Shown here piece by piece: positions 1-8,533 of a DNA stretch of 64,000 bases. The stretch spans positions 7,586 to 71,585 of the IMG/VR virus record IMGVR_UViG_3300044713_000064; one strand, 5' to 3'. A program made the position numbers and the translations under genes. The notes under the pieces were generated by a model. That model searched no databases. It saw only the letters and a list, made by a program, of their open reading frames with translations, and was not told where the DNA came from. Origin of the DNA: a virus (Duplodnaviria; Caudoviricetes). Each line of letters opens with the position of its first letter. Position 1 is the stretch's first letter.

Positions 1-2
1 TC

Positions 3-536
3 TTCTGTCCCGCGGTCGGGTCGAGTTGCTCGCTCTTGACGATCCGGACGTTGGGTCATCAGCCTGGGTATTTCAACCAAGACGTCATGAGCTATCTGGC
101 TGGAATCCCGGTCACGCTCGGCGGTCCGACGTTGACGTCAGTCGGCTGGCAAGAGGCGGTGACGCTCTCGGCGACGCCAACGCCGCAATTCCTCGTGCCG
201 GATCTGATCTACACCGATTTGAACGGGGATTATAATCCGGCCACAGGCTGTTTCACGCCGCATGTCGCAGGCGTGTACCATGCCGACGCGACGCTGTATT
301 TCCCCTCGGCTCCGGCGAATACCGTGTTCTATGTGTCGCTGTACGTTAACGGCGGCATCATCAAGGCCGATGAAGAGAATGGCACCGGTGGCGTGCAGAC
401 CACGAAGGTCAGCGCCAGCATGTGGCTCAATCTGAACGATTGCCTCAACATCCGGTCGTACAACGGTGCTATCATGGTCGCCAACCCCACGGGGTTCGTA
501 TCGAACTTCATTATCTCGAAAGAATCCCAGAACTAA
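3..536 (+). CDS. Tail fibre/receptor-binding protein, C-terminal C1q-like domain (5' partial)
   Basis: Frame is open from the window start. The GDYNPATGCFTPHVAGVYH...MWLNLNDCL..FVSNF pattern resembles C1q/TNF-like trimeric domains, and the gene lies just before the lysis genes. Confidence 0.6.
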   Translation, partial: FCPAVGSSCSLLTIRTLGHQPGYFNQDVMSYLAGIPVTLGGPTLTSVGWQEAVTLSATPTPQFLVPDLIYTDLNGDYNPATGCFTPHVAGVYHADATLYFPSAPANTVFYVSLYVNGGIIKADEENGTGGVQTTKVSASMWLNLNDCLNIRSYNGAIMVANPTGFVSNFIISKESQN

Positions 537-547
537 GGAGTTGATCG

Positions 548-676
548 ATGCGCCATCCTTTCGAGATCCTGAAGCCGGAATATTCTCAACTGCTCTCCGC
601 GATGGTGATCCGGAAGGAATGCCGCGCCGAGGTCGACCACGTCGCGATGAAGTTGGTCGGGTTCAAGCCTCGGTAG
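548..676 (+). pseudogene. Truncated 42-codon N-terminal copy of the endolysin
   Basis: SD TAAGGAG (534-540), ATG at 548, MRHPFEILKPEYSQLLSAMVIRKECRAEVDHVAMKLVGFKPR then TAG. Aligns without gaps to the first 42 aa of the 1314 ORF (23/42 identical by hand count). Confidence 0.85.
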
Positions 677-705
677 CAACAAATCTGATTTTGGGCTAAA
701 AGGAC

Positions 706-736
706 GGGCGGACGGTTGTTTCAGCAACCGCCGCCC
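706..736 (+). promoter_or_regulatory. GC-rich hairpin upstream of the HNH-AP2 gene
   Basis: GGGCGGACGGTTG-TTTCAG-CAACCGCCGCCC inverted repeat about 30 nt before the ATG at 767. Confidence 0.5.
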
Positions 737-766
737 TAATCACATCAAGCGTCTGGAGCGCGAGAC

Positions 767-1312
767 ATGACTAAAAAGCTTAGAGCAGAGGTCCGAGAAT
801 CCCGCAAGACTTTGACGGTTGAACGTCTCAAATATCTCTTGAGTTATGATCCAGAAACCGGAATTTGGACGCGGATCGTTACCCTAAATCAGATGTCCAG
901 AAAGGGTACTGTCGCGGGAACGGAACATAAAGCTAAACGCAGTTTGGCTATCTACATCCGCATCAAAATTGACGGAAAGGGCTATATGGCCCATCGATTA
1001 GCGTTTCTGTATATGACTGGCAGTTGGCCGGTAAATCAGCCAGACCATAAAAATACGATCGGAACCGACAATCGATGGGAAAATTTGAGAGATGCTACGT
1101 CCTCTCAAAATATCGCCAACAAGAAAAAGGACTGCAGGAACAAATCTGGTTTCAAGGGCGTCTACTACAGCACGCAATACCAAGCCTTCATCGCCTCGAT
1201 AAAAATTCGAGGTAAAACCACAAAAATTGGTATATTCGATACCGCAGAACTGGCTTCTATTGCTTATGAGAGACGCGCTAAAGAGGTCTTTGGCGAATTT
1301 GCGAGGGCATGA
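767..1312 (+). mobile_element. Free-standing HNH-AP2 homing endonuclease
   Basis: LSYDPETGIWT, YMAHRLAFLYMTGSWP, DHKNTIGTDNRWENLRDAT..QN (HNH) and NKSGFKGVY...IGIFDTAELASIAYERRAKEVFGEFA (AP2). More AT-rich than its flanks. Confidence 0.9.
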
Positions 1313-1313
1313 G

Positions 1314-2168
1314 ATGAAGCATCCATTTTCGGTTTTGCAGACTGAATATTCTCATCTGATATCGGTGATGACGGTCCGCGAAGAATGCAAGAAAAGCGTG
1401 GATGAAGTCGCCATCAAACTCATCGGTTTCAGAAGCCGATATAAGCCGGTCACCGATGCCATAGGGGTTCCGATTGTTTTCATCGCATCTTCTTTTGAGC
1501 GCGAATCCGGCAGCGACTTTCGCAAAAATCCAGCCCAGGGATGGTGGCTTACAAGCATATCTCGCGACATCCCCCATAATGGACCATTCCCGGATTGGAA
1601 ATCCGCGGCAATTGCGGCGTACCGGCTCAACGGTCTTGATCAGGTCGGATCTGCGAATTGGACGTGGGAGCTTATTTGCTTCTACGGTGAGATCTTCAAT
1701 GGAACGGGCTACCGTGACGTTCACCATATGCACTCGCCATATTTGTGGGGGGGTACGAACATTCAGACGATTGGAAAATACACAGCCGATGGCGAGTTCG
1801 ACTCGACGAAATGGGACGCGCAGCTCGGCATCGTCCCGGTCGCCCGCCGGATGGTCGAGATTGACCCGTCGTTGGCGCTGCCGAGCGCAGCGATTGCGCC
1901 GCCAATCCATTCCGGCATCGCGGCGCCTGAGACCGGCGTCGATACGAAGTGGGTCCAGACCGCGCTGAACAAGTTGGGCTGGGAACCCCCGCTGCACGTC
2001 GATGGCAGCTATGGCGACAAGACGAAAAAGGCGGTGGAGCATTTCCAGCGTTCCTACAACCTCAAGGTCGACTTCGCCGGGCCCGAGACCGTGGCCGCAC
2101 TTAAGGAAGCGCTGGCTGCGCTCGACGCGCCGAAGGAAGAGCTCGCCTCGCCGAAAGCCTCGACGTGA
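1314..2168 (+). CDS. Endolysin: lysozyme-family catalytic domain plus C-terminal peptidoglycan-binding domain
   Basis: ERES, FNGTGY, SPYLWGGTN, GKYTADG, QLG motifs of the COG5526-like lysozyme family. WVQTALNKLG...VDGSYGDKTKKAVEHFQRSYNLKVD.AGPET matches PG_binding_1. Confidence 0.85.
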   Translation: MKHPFSVLQTEYSHLISVMTVREECKKSVDEVAIKLIGFRSRYKPVTDAIGVPIVFIASSFERESGSDFRKNPAQGWWLTSISRDIPHNGPFPDWKSAAIAAYRLNGLDQVGSANWTWELICFYGEIFNGTGYRDVHHMHSPYLWGGTNIQTIGKYTADGEFDSTKWDAQLGIVPVARRMVEIDPSLALPSAAIAPPIHSGIAAPETGVDTKWVQTALNKLGWEPPLHVDGSYGDKTKKAVEHFQRSYNLKVDFAGPETVAALKEALAALDAPKEELASPKAST

Positions 2169-2368
2169 GCCTGTCCAGGGCGGAGATGCTCCAGGCGGTC
2201 AAGGATGGCCTGATTGACGCGACCAAGGCGCGCGCAGCGAACTGCGCCACCAACGGCATCGGCGAGGGCGTTCCCGCTGCTGCGGCGCAGTTCGAGAACG
2301 GCATGAAAGAGCTGAAAGACGCTTACGCCGCCTTCTGCGCCGTGATAGACATAATTTTCCCCGAATAG
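2165..2368 (+). CDS. Small hypothetical protein in the lysis module
   Basis: GTGA overlap with the endolysin stop; 67 aa. Confidence 0.55.
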   Translation: MSLSRAEMLQAVKDGLIDATKARAANCATNGIGEGVPAAAAQFENGMKELKDAYAAFCAVIDIIFPE

Positions 2369-2377
2369 GAGATCCTG

Positions 2378-3049
2378 ATGCGCCGACTTCTCATCGTACC
2401 GGCCCTGCTGCTGTCCTTGGTTCTGCCGGCTGCAGCGCAGTTTCCAACCGGGCCCGGCGCTCCCGCCGGCGGACCTGTAGCGATCGGTCAGGCGCAGCTC
2501 GTCAAGGACGATGTTGGCAAGGTGGCGCTCATCTCGGCGCCAGCGCCGCCCTCTGGAGGTCTGATCCAGTTTTCCGCCTTCGGCTGGCTTGAGCCATACG
2601 TCGACTCGGTCGCCAATGCGCTGATCCTGGCGCTCGTCGGGTACATGGCAACCGTACTCAAGACGAAGTGGAATATCGACCTCGACCAGGGGCACCGCAA
2701 CGCGCTGACGACGTTTCTGCAGAACCGCGCTGCATCGCTGATCTCCGACGGCGCCGTGAAAATGCAGGGCAAGTCCGTGCAGGTTGACAACGCGATGTTG
2801 GCGCGCGCGGCGAATCAGGCCTCGTTGGCGATCCCGGGCGTGCTGAAGCGATTCGGCCTGACGCCCGACGTGGTCGCCGCCAAAATCGTCGATGCCATCC
2901 CGCAGACGACCGCGGGTGCGGCCATCATCGCCGACGCACATAAGGACAGCCCGGACGCGCCTATTACGGTAACCGATCGCCCCGCGCCGATGGCTGCCGC
3001 CGCCCCAAGCTTCCTCGTCCCGCCCACGGCGCCGCTGACGGCCGCATAA
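2378..3049 (+). CDS. Membrane protein, holin-like candidate
   Basis: SD AGGAG, N-terminal signal/TM segment, second TM (ANALILALVGYMATVL), lysis-module position. Confidence 0.5.
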   Translation: MRRLLIVPALLLSLVLPAAAQFPTGPGAPAGGPVAIGQAQLVKDDVGKVALISAPAPPSGGLIQFSAFGWLEPYVDSVANALILALVGYMATVLKTKWNIDLDQGHRNALTTFLQNRAASLISDGAVKMQGKSVQVDNAMLARAANQASLAIPGVLKRFGLTPDVVAAKIVDAIPQTTAGAAIIADAHKDSPDAPITVTDRPAPMAAAAPSFLVPPTAPLTAA

Positions 3050-3058
3050 GGAGTCGAC

Positions 3059-3226
3059 ATGAATCAGTTGCAACGGTCGGCATTGATTGTCCTGGTCGGC
3101 GCATTGGTTGCGATGGCCATCGCTTCATTCGCGCCATCACACTCCGCCTCATGCGCTCCCGGCTATGAACAGGCCTGCGACGCCCGCGACCACGGCGCGC
3201 ATCCATACTCGGGTCACGGCCACTGA
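3059..3226 (+). CDS. 55-aa secreted peptide with two Cys and a His-rich tail (not in the ORF track)
   Basis: SD TAAGGAG; MNQLQRSALIVLVGALVAMAIASFAPSHSASCAPGYEQACDARDHGAHPYSGHGH. Confidence 0.6.
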   Translation: MNQLQRSALIVLVGALVAMAIASFAPSHSASCAPGYEQACDARDHGAHPYSGHGH

Positions 3227-3341
3227 TGCAGAAATGGCACGGTCGGGGATAATCCGACGCTTGCAACCGTGTTTCCTCTTTCGGCCTTGACGCTGCTGGC
3301 GCAATTTCCGCCGCATCGTTCACCCTGAGAGGATAACCCTC

Positions 3342-4088
3342 ATGAAGCATTATCTTCACATCGTCGCTGCGGCACTCGCTGCGGCATTTCTGGCCGTTCC
3401 GGCGATCGCCGCCGATATCGCCGTCAAGGCGCCAGCAACCCCTGTCTTCACTGGATACCCGTTCGGCACTTCCGGATTTTACGCCGGCATCTTCACCGAG
3501 GCCGGCGGCGGCCCGGTAGTCGCCAGCGTCCCTGGCGTCAACTCGGCCAGCCTGACCACGACCACGGCAGGCGTCGGCCTGAATGCCGGCTATGCCTGGG
3601 GCAGCAAGTCCAGCATGTTTGCCTATGCGATCGAGGGCAAGGTCAGCGCGACCAACTTCAACGGCGCCAACGCCGGCTTCTCGGTCTCGGGCCCGATCTC
3701 GTTTGAGGGCACCGGTCTGATCTGGACGCCCGTTTCGACCATCCAGAATGCGCTCGGTTTGCTGAGCCTGCCGAATCCGTTCAGCAGCGTCGCACCCTTC
3801 CCGCTACTCCCAGCCGGCGTGACAGCCAGCAATGTCCAAGCCGGGTTCGGCGCCGGCTTCCGCGCCGACGACGTGACGGTGGCATTTCTCGGCGCCGGAT
3901 CGAACAAGGTCTGGTCGTTCTCGCCCAAGATCGAGTTCGACCTGATGGAACAGCTCAGCAACGGTTCGGCCGTTCGCGAATATGTCGAGACCGTATTTCA
4001 AAACAAAGGCGTCACGTTCGGCGGCCCGGTCGGAGTAACGTCGACCGTGGGCACGAAGTATCTTGCCGGCGTCGCCGTCGAGTTCTGA
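3342..4088 (+). CDS. Outer-membrane beta-barrel protein (Omp25/RopB-like)
   Basis: Signal peptide ending AIA-ADIAVKAP, GFYAG strand, alternating beta strands, C-terminal Phe (GVAVEF). Confidence 0.7.
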   Translation: MKHYLHIVAAALAAAFLAVPAIAADIAVKAPATPVFTGYPFGTSGFYAGIFTEAGGGPVVASVPGVNSASLTTTTAGVGLNAGYAWGSKSSMFAYAIEGKVSATNFNGANAGFSVSGPISFEGTGLIWTPVSTIQNALGLLSLPNPFSSVAPFPLLPAGVTASNVQAGFGAGFRADDVTVAFLGAGSNKVWSFSPKIEFDLMEQLSNGSAVREYVETVFQNKGVTFGGPVGVTSTVGTKYLAGVAVEF

Positions 4089-4130
4089 TCGGATCGCGCG
4101 CGTCGCGCGAATCATGACAACTGATGCAAC

Positions 4131-4174
4131 CGGCCTTGATTCCATATATGCAGGAATCAGGGCCGTTTGTTTTT
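4131..4174 (+). terminator. Rho-independent terminator
   Basis: CGGCCTTGATTCC-ATATATGCA-GGAATCAGGGCCG followed by TTTGTTTTT. Confidence 0.7.
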
Positions 4175-4213
4175 GGTCGCCCAGGACAATTTCGGAGAGT
4201 AGGATGCTACCCG

Positions 4214-4510
4214 ATGACCCTGGAGAACTTGGGCGATTTTCTCGAAAAAGTGTTCGCGTTCATCGCAGCACATGGGATCGCTGGAGCCTTCGCGATCCTG
4301 TGGGTGTCCGCGGAGTTCAGGTGGTGGATGGAACGGGACGAGCGGAAATCGGCGCAGGCCGAGTTGAAGCAAGTGTCGAGAGACACCACCGAATCAATGA
4401 ACGACACCGCGAGCGCAATCGACAAGATGGCCGAAGCGCAGCGATCGACGAATGGAATTTTCGATCGAGTTCTGAACGTGAAGCCGACGAACGGGCGAGG
4501 CCGGCGATGA
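4214..4510 (+). CDS. Small membrane/coiled-coil protein (holin-like)
   Basis: One TM (IAGAFAILWV) then coiled coil; ATGA-coupled to the next gene. Confidence 0.5.
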   Translation: MTLENLGDFLEKVFAFIAAHGIAGAFAILWVSAEFRWWMERDERKSAQAELKQVSRDTTESMNDTASAIDKMAEAQRSTNGIFDRVLNVKPTNGRGRR

Positions 4511-4692
4511 GCACGTGGGTGAGGCTCTGGGAAAAGCTGACGGGGCGCCCCCATCGGCTCAACGATTCGGAGCGCGTGCACGTCGCAGCAGAGCGGCTCA
4601 GAGAACGAACCTCCATCCTGTCGGCCAAACTCGACCCTCTCATTGCGATCGCAATTGATTTCACTACCGACGATCAGAAGGAAGATGAATGA
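4507..4692 (+). CDS. Hypothetical protein
   Basis: ATGA overlaps at both ends (MSTWVRLWEKLTG...). Confidence 0.5.
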   Translation: MSTWVRLWEKLTGRPHRLNDSERVHVAAERLRERTSILSAKLDPLIAIAIDFTTDDQKEDE

Positions 4693-5132
4693 TGCAGACC
4701 TTGATCGCTCTGAACGAATACGCGAACACCGAGTCGGCCATCGTCGCTGTGATCATGCTCCTCGTTTTGTTCGTCTACATTTACGAGCTATTTCGGCTTC
4801 TCCGCGGGCATCTCAGCCCGGTTAAGTTCGAGCGATTCGACGAGGACGACATCTATCGATGCCTGATCGGCGTCGCCGGGTTGTTGTGTTTCGAGGGCGC
4901 CGGCGCCGCCATCACGCGGGTCACCGTCTGGTATTGGCGCCGGATCGGGATTGGAGGTGGGGGCGGTCCTATGAATTCCACCCAGGTCACGCTGATGATC
5001 ATCGGGGCGTTTTTCCTGATCATTGGGCGCGTCGGGGTGACCTATTTCCTGACGCAACGAGCGCTTGGGAATTGGCCGTGGATGCTGTCGGTCGCAGCTG
5101 TCGTGGTTTCGACCGCTTGGTATTGGGGATAG
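4689..5132 (+). CDS. Four-TM membrane protein
   Basis: Four hydrophobic segments in 147 aa; coupled start. Confidence 0.65.
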   Translation: MMQTLIALNEYANTESAIVAVIMLLVLFVYIYELFRLLRGHLSPVKFERFDEDDIYRCLIGVAGLLCFEGAGAAITRVTVWYWRRIGIGGGGGPMNSTQVTLMIIGAFFLIIGRVGVTYFLTQRALGNWPWMLSVAAVVVSTAWYWG

Positions 5133-5136
5133 GGAC

Positions 5137-5754
5137 ATGACCGCCGAGGTTCATCGCTTGGTCACCAAAAAGGAATTCGAGGACCGCCTATCCAAAGCCG
5201 AGGATCTATCGATCGAGAGAATCGGTGCGGCGAAGGAATTGGCGCAAGAAAGATTCGCAGCCGCTCTTGCTGCGGTCGACGTCGCAGGAAAGGCGCTTGA
5301 GAAGCGATTCGATAGCGTCAACGAGTTTCGTCAGACTTTGATTGATCAGAATATCACGTTCGTAAAGTCGATCGAATACAACGCCCAATATAAGGCTCTC
5401 TCCGACAAGGTCGACTTGCTCGGAAAGACCAATCCCGCGATCCTGATCGGCGGCGTCAGCATCATCGTGGCGATAGTGATTGCTCTGATCTCCGGCGCGA
5501 TCCAATTGGGCAGCCTCCAAACTCACGTGCAGATCGATTCTATGGATGTCGCCAAGTTGAAGGACGACGAAACCAATCGGATCGTCGAGCATGCCGGTGA
5601 GAACGTCGAGCGCGGGAATCTCCAGACCAGGCAGTCCATAACGGAAAAGGAAATTGACCAGATCAGATCCGACGAACGCGACAAGCTTCCGTCGCTGCAG
5701 GCTTTGATCGAGAGGATCTCTAAGCTTGAAGTCGAACTGAAAAATCAAAAGTGA
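5137..5754 (+). CDS. Coiled-coil membrane protein
   Basis: ALEKRFDSVNEFRQTL segment, central TM (ILIGGVSIIVAIVIALI), C-terminal coiled coil. Confidence 0.6.
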   Translation: MTAEVHRLVTKKEFEDRLSKAEDLSIERIGAAKELAQERFAAALAAVDVAGKALEKRFDSVNEFRQTLIDQNITFVKSIEYNAQYKALSDKVDLLGKTNPAILIGGVSIIVAIVIALISGAIQLGSLQTHVQIDSMDVAKLKDDETNRIVEHAGENVERGNLQTRQSITEKEIDQIRSDERDKLPSLQALIERISKLEVELKNQK

Positions 5755-6112
5755 AGCCATGGCGTCGGTGCAGTGGAAATGCCTAGCGGCCGTCTCAAAG
5801 AACGGCGAGGACATGTTCCTATTCAAACCGGACCCGCCGGATGGCGGATCGCATCTGATGGGCCAGATCTCAAAGGCGATCGTTCAATTCGCGATCGGCG
5901 AGACCTGGGAGGTCACATTTCGCAAGGTCGAGCCGGAGGCGCCTTGAGCCAATCGACCCTTCGAATCCACGATCCGCACCGATAGCCCCCGCTCCGGACT
6001 TCATTGTCGACGCAGCACAACGCTTTCATCACGTCATCCTCCGGAACCGAGATTGATTTGTTCCAGTTGCCGCAGTTCGAGCAGGTTCGGTGCCCGATCG
6101 GCTCAAGGGCGC

Positions 6113-6775
6113 TCATATCGGAAGCCTTTTACTCTCTCTGAATTTCGGCAGACCAATCAGCGGCAAATGGCGGCTGTAAAGTCGAGCCAATTCGCGGGGG
6201 AATGCCCATGCGCCTTGCACCTTAGCGATGCGCCGGTATTTGATGAAGAGTTGAGCATGAAGTCGCTGAAGATGCGGATGGCCCGCACCTTCATCCGACC
6301 AAATATCATGCCATGCGAAATCGAATCTGGCACCGCACGGCCGCCAATTGAGCGCGTCGTCATGATGGATCGTTACGCGTTGGTTGTTGGCAAATTCCGG
6401 TCCGATGACGCGGATTATGCTCTTGTCTATTTCGATCACATCGATTGCGGATACCTGAGGATTCGCAAGCAAGCCACGCACCACGCATCCGAGGCCCAAT
6501 CCCGTGACCAGCACGCGGCCACGCGCGGTCATCCAGATCGGGAGGTGCTTCCGGAGTTCTCGCGCGGAATCTTCCATTACGATCTCACCCCCGCCTTCCA
6601 GATGGATCGTTGATGCCGTGTAGCGCCGCAACAGCGTGTAATCATCGAACCCACCAAGCATGTATTGCGATAGAGAGTTGTCCGCCTTCACGCGCTGGAT
6701 TGACCACAAGCCGAACTCTTGTGGCCGGATCATGTGCGGCACGCGCGAAGCGATGATATATTCGTCTGGGCTCAT
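6113..6775 (-). CDS. Class I SAM-dependent methyltransferase (spermidine-synthase-like fold)
   Basis: GRVLVTGLGLG (motif I), IDVIEID, IHHDDAL, FDFAWHDIW. Confidence 0.75.
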   Translation of the reverse strand: MSPDEYIIASRVPHMIRPQEFGLWSIQRVKADNSLSQYMLGGFDDYTLLRRYTASTIHLEGGGEIVMEDSARELRKHLPIWMTARGRVLVTGLGLGCVVRGLLANPQVSAIDVIEIDKSIIRVIGPEFANNQRVTIHHDDALNWRPCGARFDFAWHDIWSDEGAGHPHLQRLHAQLFIKYRRIAKVQGAWAFPRELARLYSRHLPLIGLPKFRESKRLPI

Positions 6776-6969
6776 GGTGCTCACGGATAATTCCCGTACC
6801 GGCACCGGCGATCCGGCAGCGGCTCGTCCGGGTCGTAATCGGGCGTCTCGCCGGCCGCGATCTTGGCGCGCTGGATCGCGTTCTGATCACGCAAGGTCTC
6901 GGCGATCTTCCGGAGCGCATGACCGGCATTGCCGGCCGGTCCTCCTGTACGCGGGTTATATGACATGTT

Positions 6970-7512
6970 TCACCTCTTCAGGCTGATCGGGGGTAGTCGC
7001 TGCAGGATGCTGGAGATATCGTCGAGATCCATCGGGTGGATGGCGCGACCCTCAGGCGCAGGGCGCGCTGCAGGCTGCTCCTCGATCGGGGGCGGCTTGG
7101 GAAGAACGCCGCCGGCGGCGGCATCGGCTTGGACCACATAAAGCAGCGCCTGTACGATGACCGAGAAACTGGCCCGAAGCCCCTGCGCCTGGCCATGGAA
7201 GTCGAGGGCTCGCCGCTTCTCGTCGTCGGCCTCCTCAACCAGGAATGCCACCTTCTCCCGGAGCTCGCGCTCGAGCGCGTCGACCCGCTCGCTCAGCCGC
7301 AGGTTCTCCTGCCGGTCCCGCTCGGCGGCGAGGCGGGCCTCGTCGCGTTCCATGCGCATCTCCTCCCAGCTGGCGGCGAGGTCCTCGGCGGCGCGCAGGA
7401 TCGGGTTGTCGCGGGTGCGGGGAACCGTTCGAACCGATTCTGGCTCTGGCATGGAAAGGACGGCCTCGGCCATCTGGCGGTCGCGAAGTCGCTCGACAAA
7501 GGGTGGTGCCAT
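6970..7512 (-). CDS. Coiled-coil hypothetical protein
   Basis: Long heptad-rich E/R/A helix with GC3-rich codons. Confidence 0.6.
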   Translation of the reverse strand: MAPPFVERLRDRQMAEAVLSMPEPESVRTVPRTRDNPILRAAEDLAASWEEMRMERDEARLAAERDRQENLRLSERVDALERELREKVAFLVEEADDEKRRALDFHGQAQGLRASFSVIVQALLYVVQADAAAGGVLPKPPPIEEQPAARPAPEGRAIHPMDLDDISSILQRLPPISLKR

Positions 7513-7641
7513 GGGGGAACTCTCCTATTTCGGGGGTGATGCCCCAGCGGAGGCCGCTGGGTGCGGTTGGTCTTTGGGTAGGCCACCGTAGCGGCCGGTC
7601 CGGAATGACGCGCGTGGGCCAGAATGCGGCCCGGCGCGGGT

Positions 7642-8496
7642 CTATTTGGCCGAAACGTCGTCGTCGAGGATGGGACCGAGCGCGGAAAGGACCGTCACCG
7701 GTATATCGTTCCGGTCCATGCGGAGTTCGCTGGCCTTGATCCGGGCGAGATCCTGGGTTCCTGGCGCCGGGGAACCGTTGAGGTCGGCGTACTGGCGCTG
7801 GAACTCGTCATATTCCGGGGTACCGGGCTTGATCTCGGTCACTGGCTTGTCCGGGGTCCGCTCATTCGCCTTGGCGAGGAGTTCCTTTATGATCGCCTGC
7901 CGAGAGGTCTCGACCGATCTTGCGACGCCATCGAGGATCGCAATGTCGCTCGCGATTCGGAGCCGCAAAGATGCCGATCCGAAGTCCCACGGGATCATGA
8001 CCATGTTGTCGGTGAGGCCCTGTTTCACGACGATAATGTGGCCGTCCATGTTTTTGAGTGCCATCGCCACCGCGGCGGCCTGGGCGATCGTGATCTTTCC
8101 GGCACTTTCGGCTTTCGCCGGGATCGGGATGAAAATGAGGACCGCGATAAAGATCAGCAGCAGGATTGCCGCGGTAGTCGCCGCCGCATAGCCGACGATT
8201 ACCGACGCGCGGTGAACGAATGCCGCATCGCTCAGCAATTCCTCATCGACAAACGAGGGCCGCGCGGTTTTAAATGGCCCTCGGCGGATCGGATATCGGT
8301 TCATATCGACGACGTGGGAGTTAGGTCCCATTCCGACCAGAGAGATAGGGTGACAGAAATTGCCATTGCCGTCTCCGACGAGATAGGTGTTGCTATCAAG
8401 CCTCTCGCCCGTGAACGGATCGATTCCGCCCTTTCCGTCATTTTTTGTCAATGGATGCGTGTGAGCGACGGATTCTGACGATGTTGCATTGATCAT
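7642..8496 (-). CDS. Membrane-anchored or exported hypothetical protein
   Basis: SD AGGAG; internal TM/signal AILLLIFIAVLIFIPIPAKA followed by a soluble helical domain. Confidence 0.55.
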   Translation of the reverse strand: MINATSSESVAHTHPLTKNDGKGGIDPFTGERLDSNTYLVGDGNGNFCHPISLVGMGPNSHVVDMNRYPIRRGPFKTARPSFVDEELLSDAAFVHRASVIVGYAAATTAAILLLIFIAVLIFIPIPAKAESAGKITIAQAAAVAMALKNMDGHIIVVKQGLTDNMVMIPWDFGSASLRLRIASDIAILDGVARSVETSRQAIIKELLAKANERTPDKPVTEIKPGTPEYDEFQRQYADLNGSPAPGTQDLARIKASELRMDRNDIPVTVLSALGPILDDDVSAK

Positions 8497-8533
8497 TTCG
8501 TTCTCCTAGTGATGCTGCTGAACCCGCAGCGGG

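Noticed and set aside
676-1441. Group I intron interrupting the endolysin
   Set aside because: Only ~90 nt of non-coding sequence, no recognisable catalytic core, an in-frame join would not end on the required G, and the downstream gene has its own complete N-terminus.
2054-3073. Long antisense ORFs (also 7624-8478, 44108-45154, 48979-50226 and similar)
   Set aside because: These are shadow frames of GC-rich genes on the opposite strand, with Arg-rich, motif-free translations.
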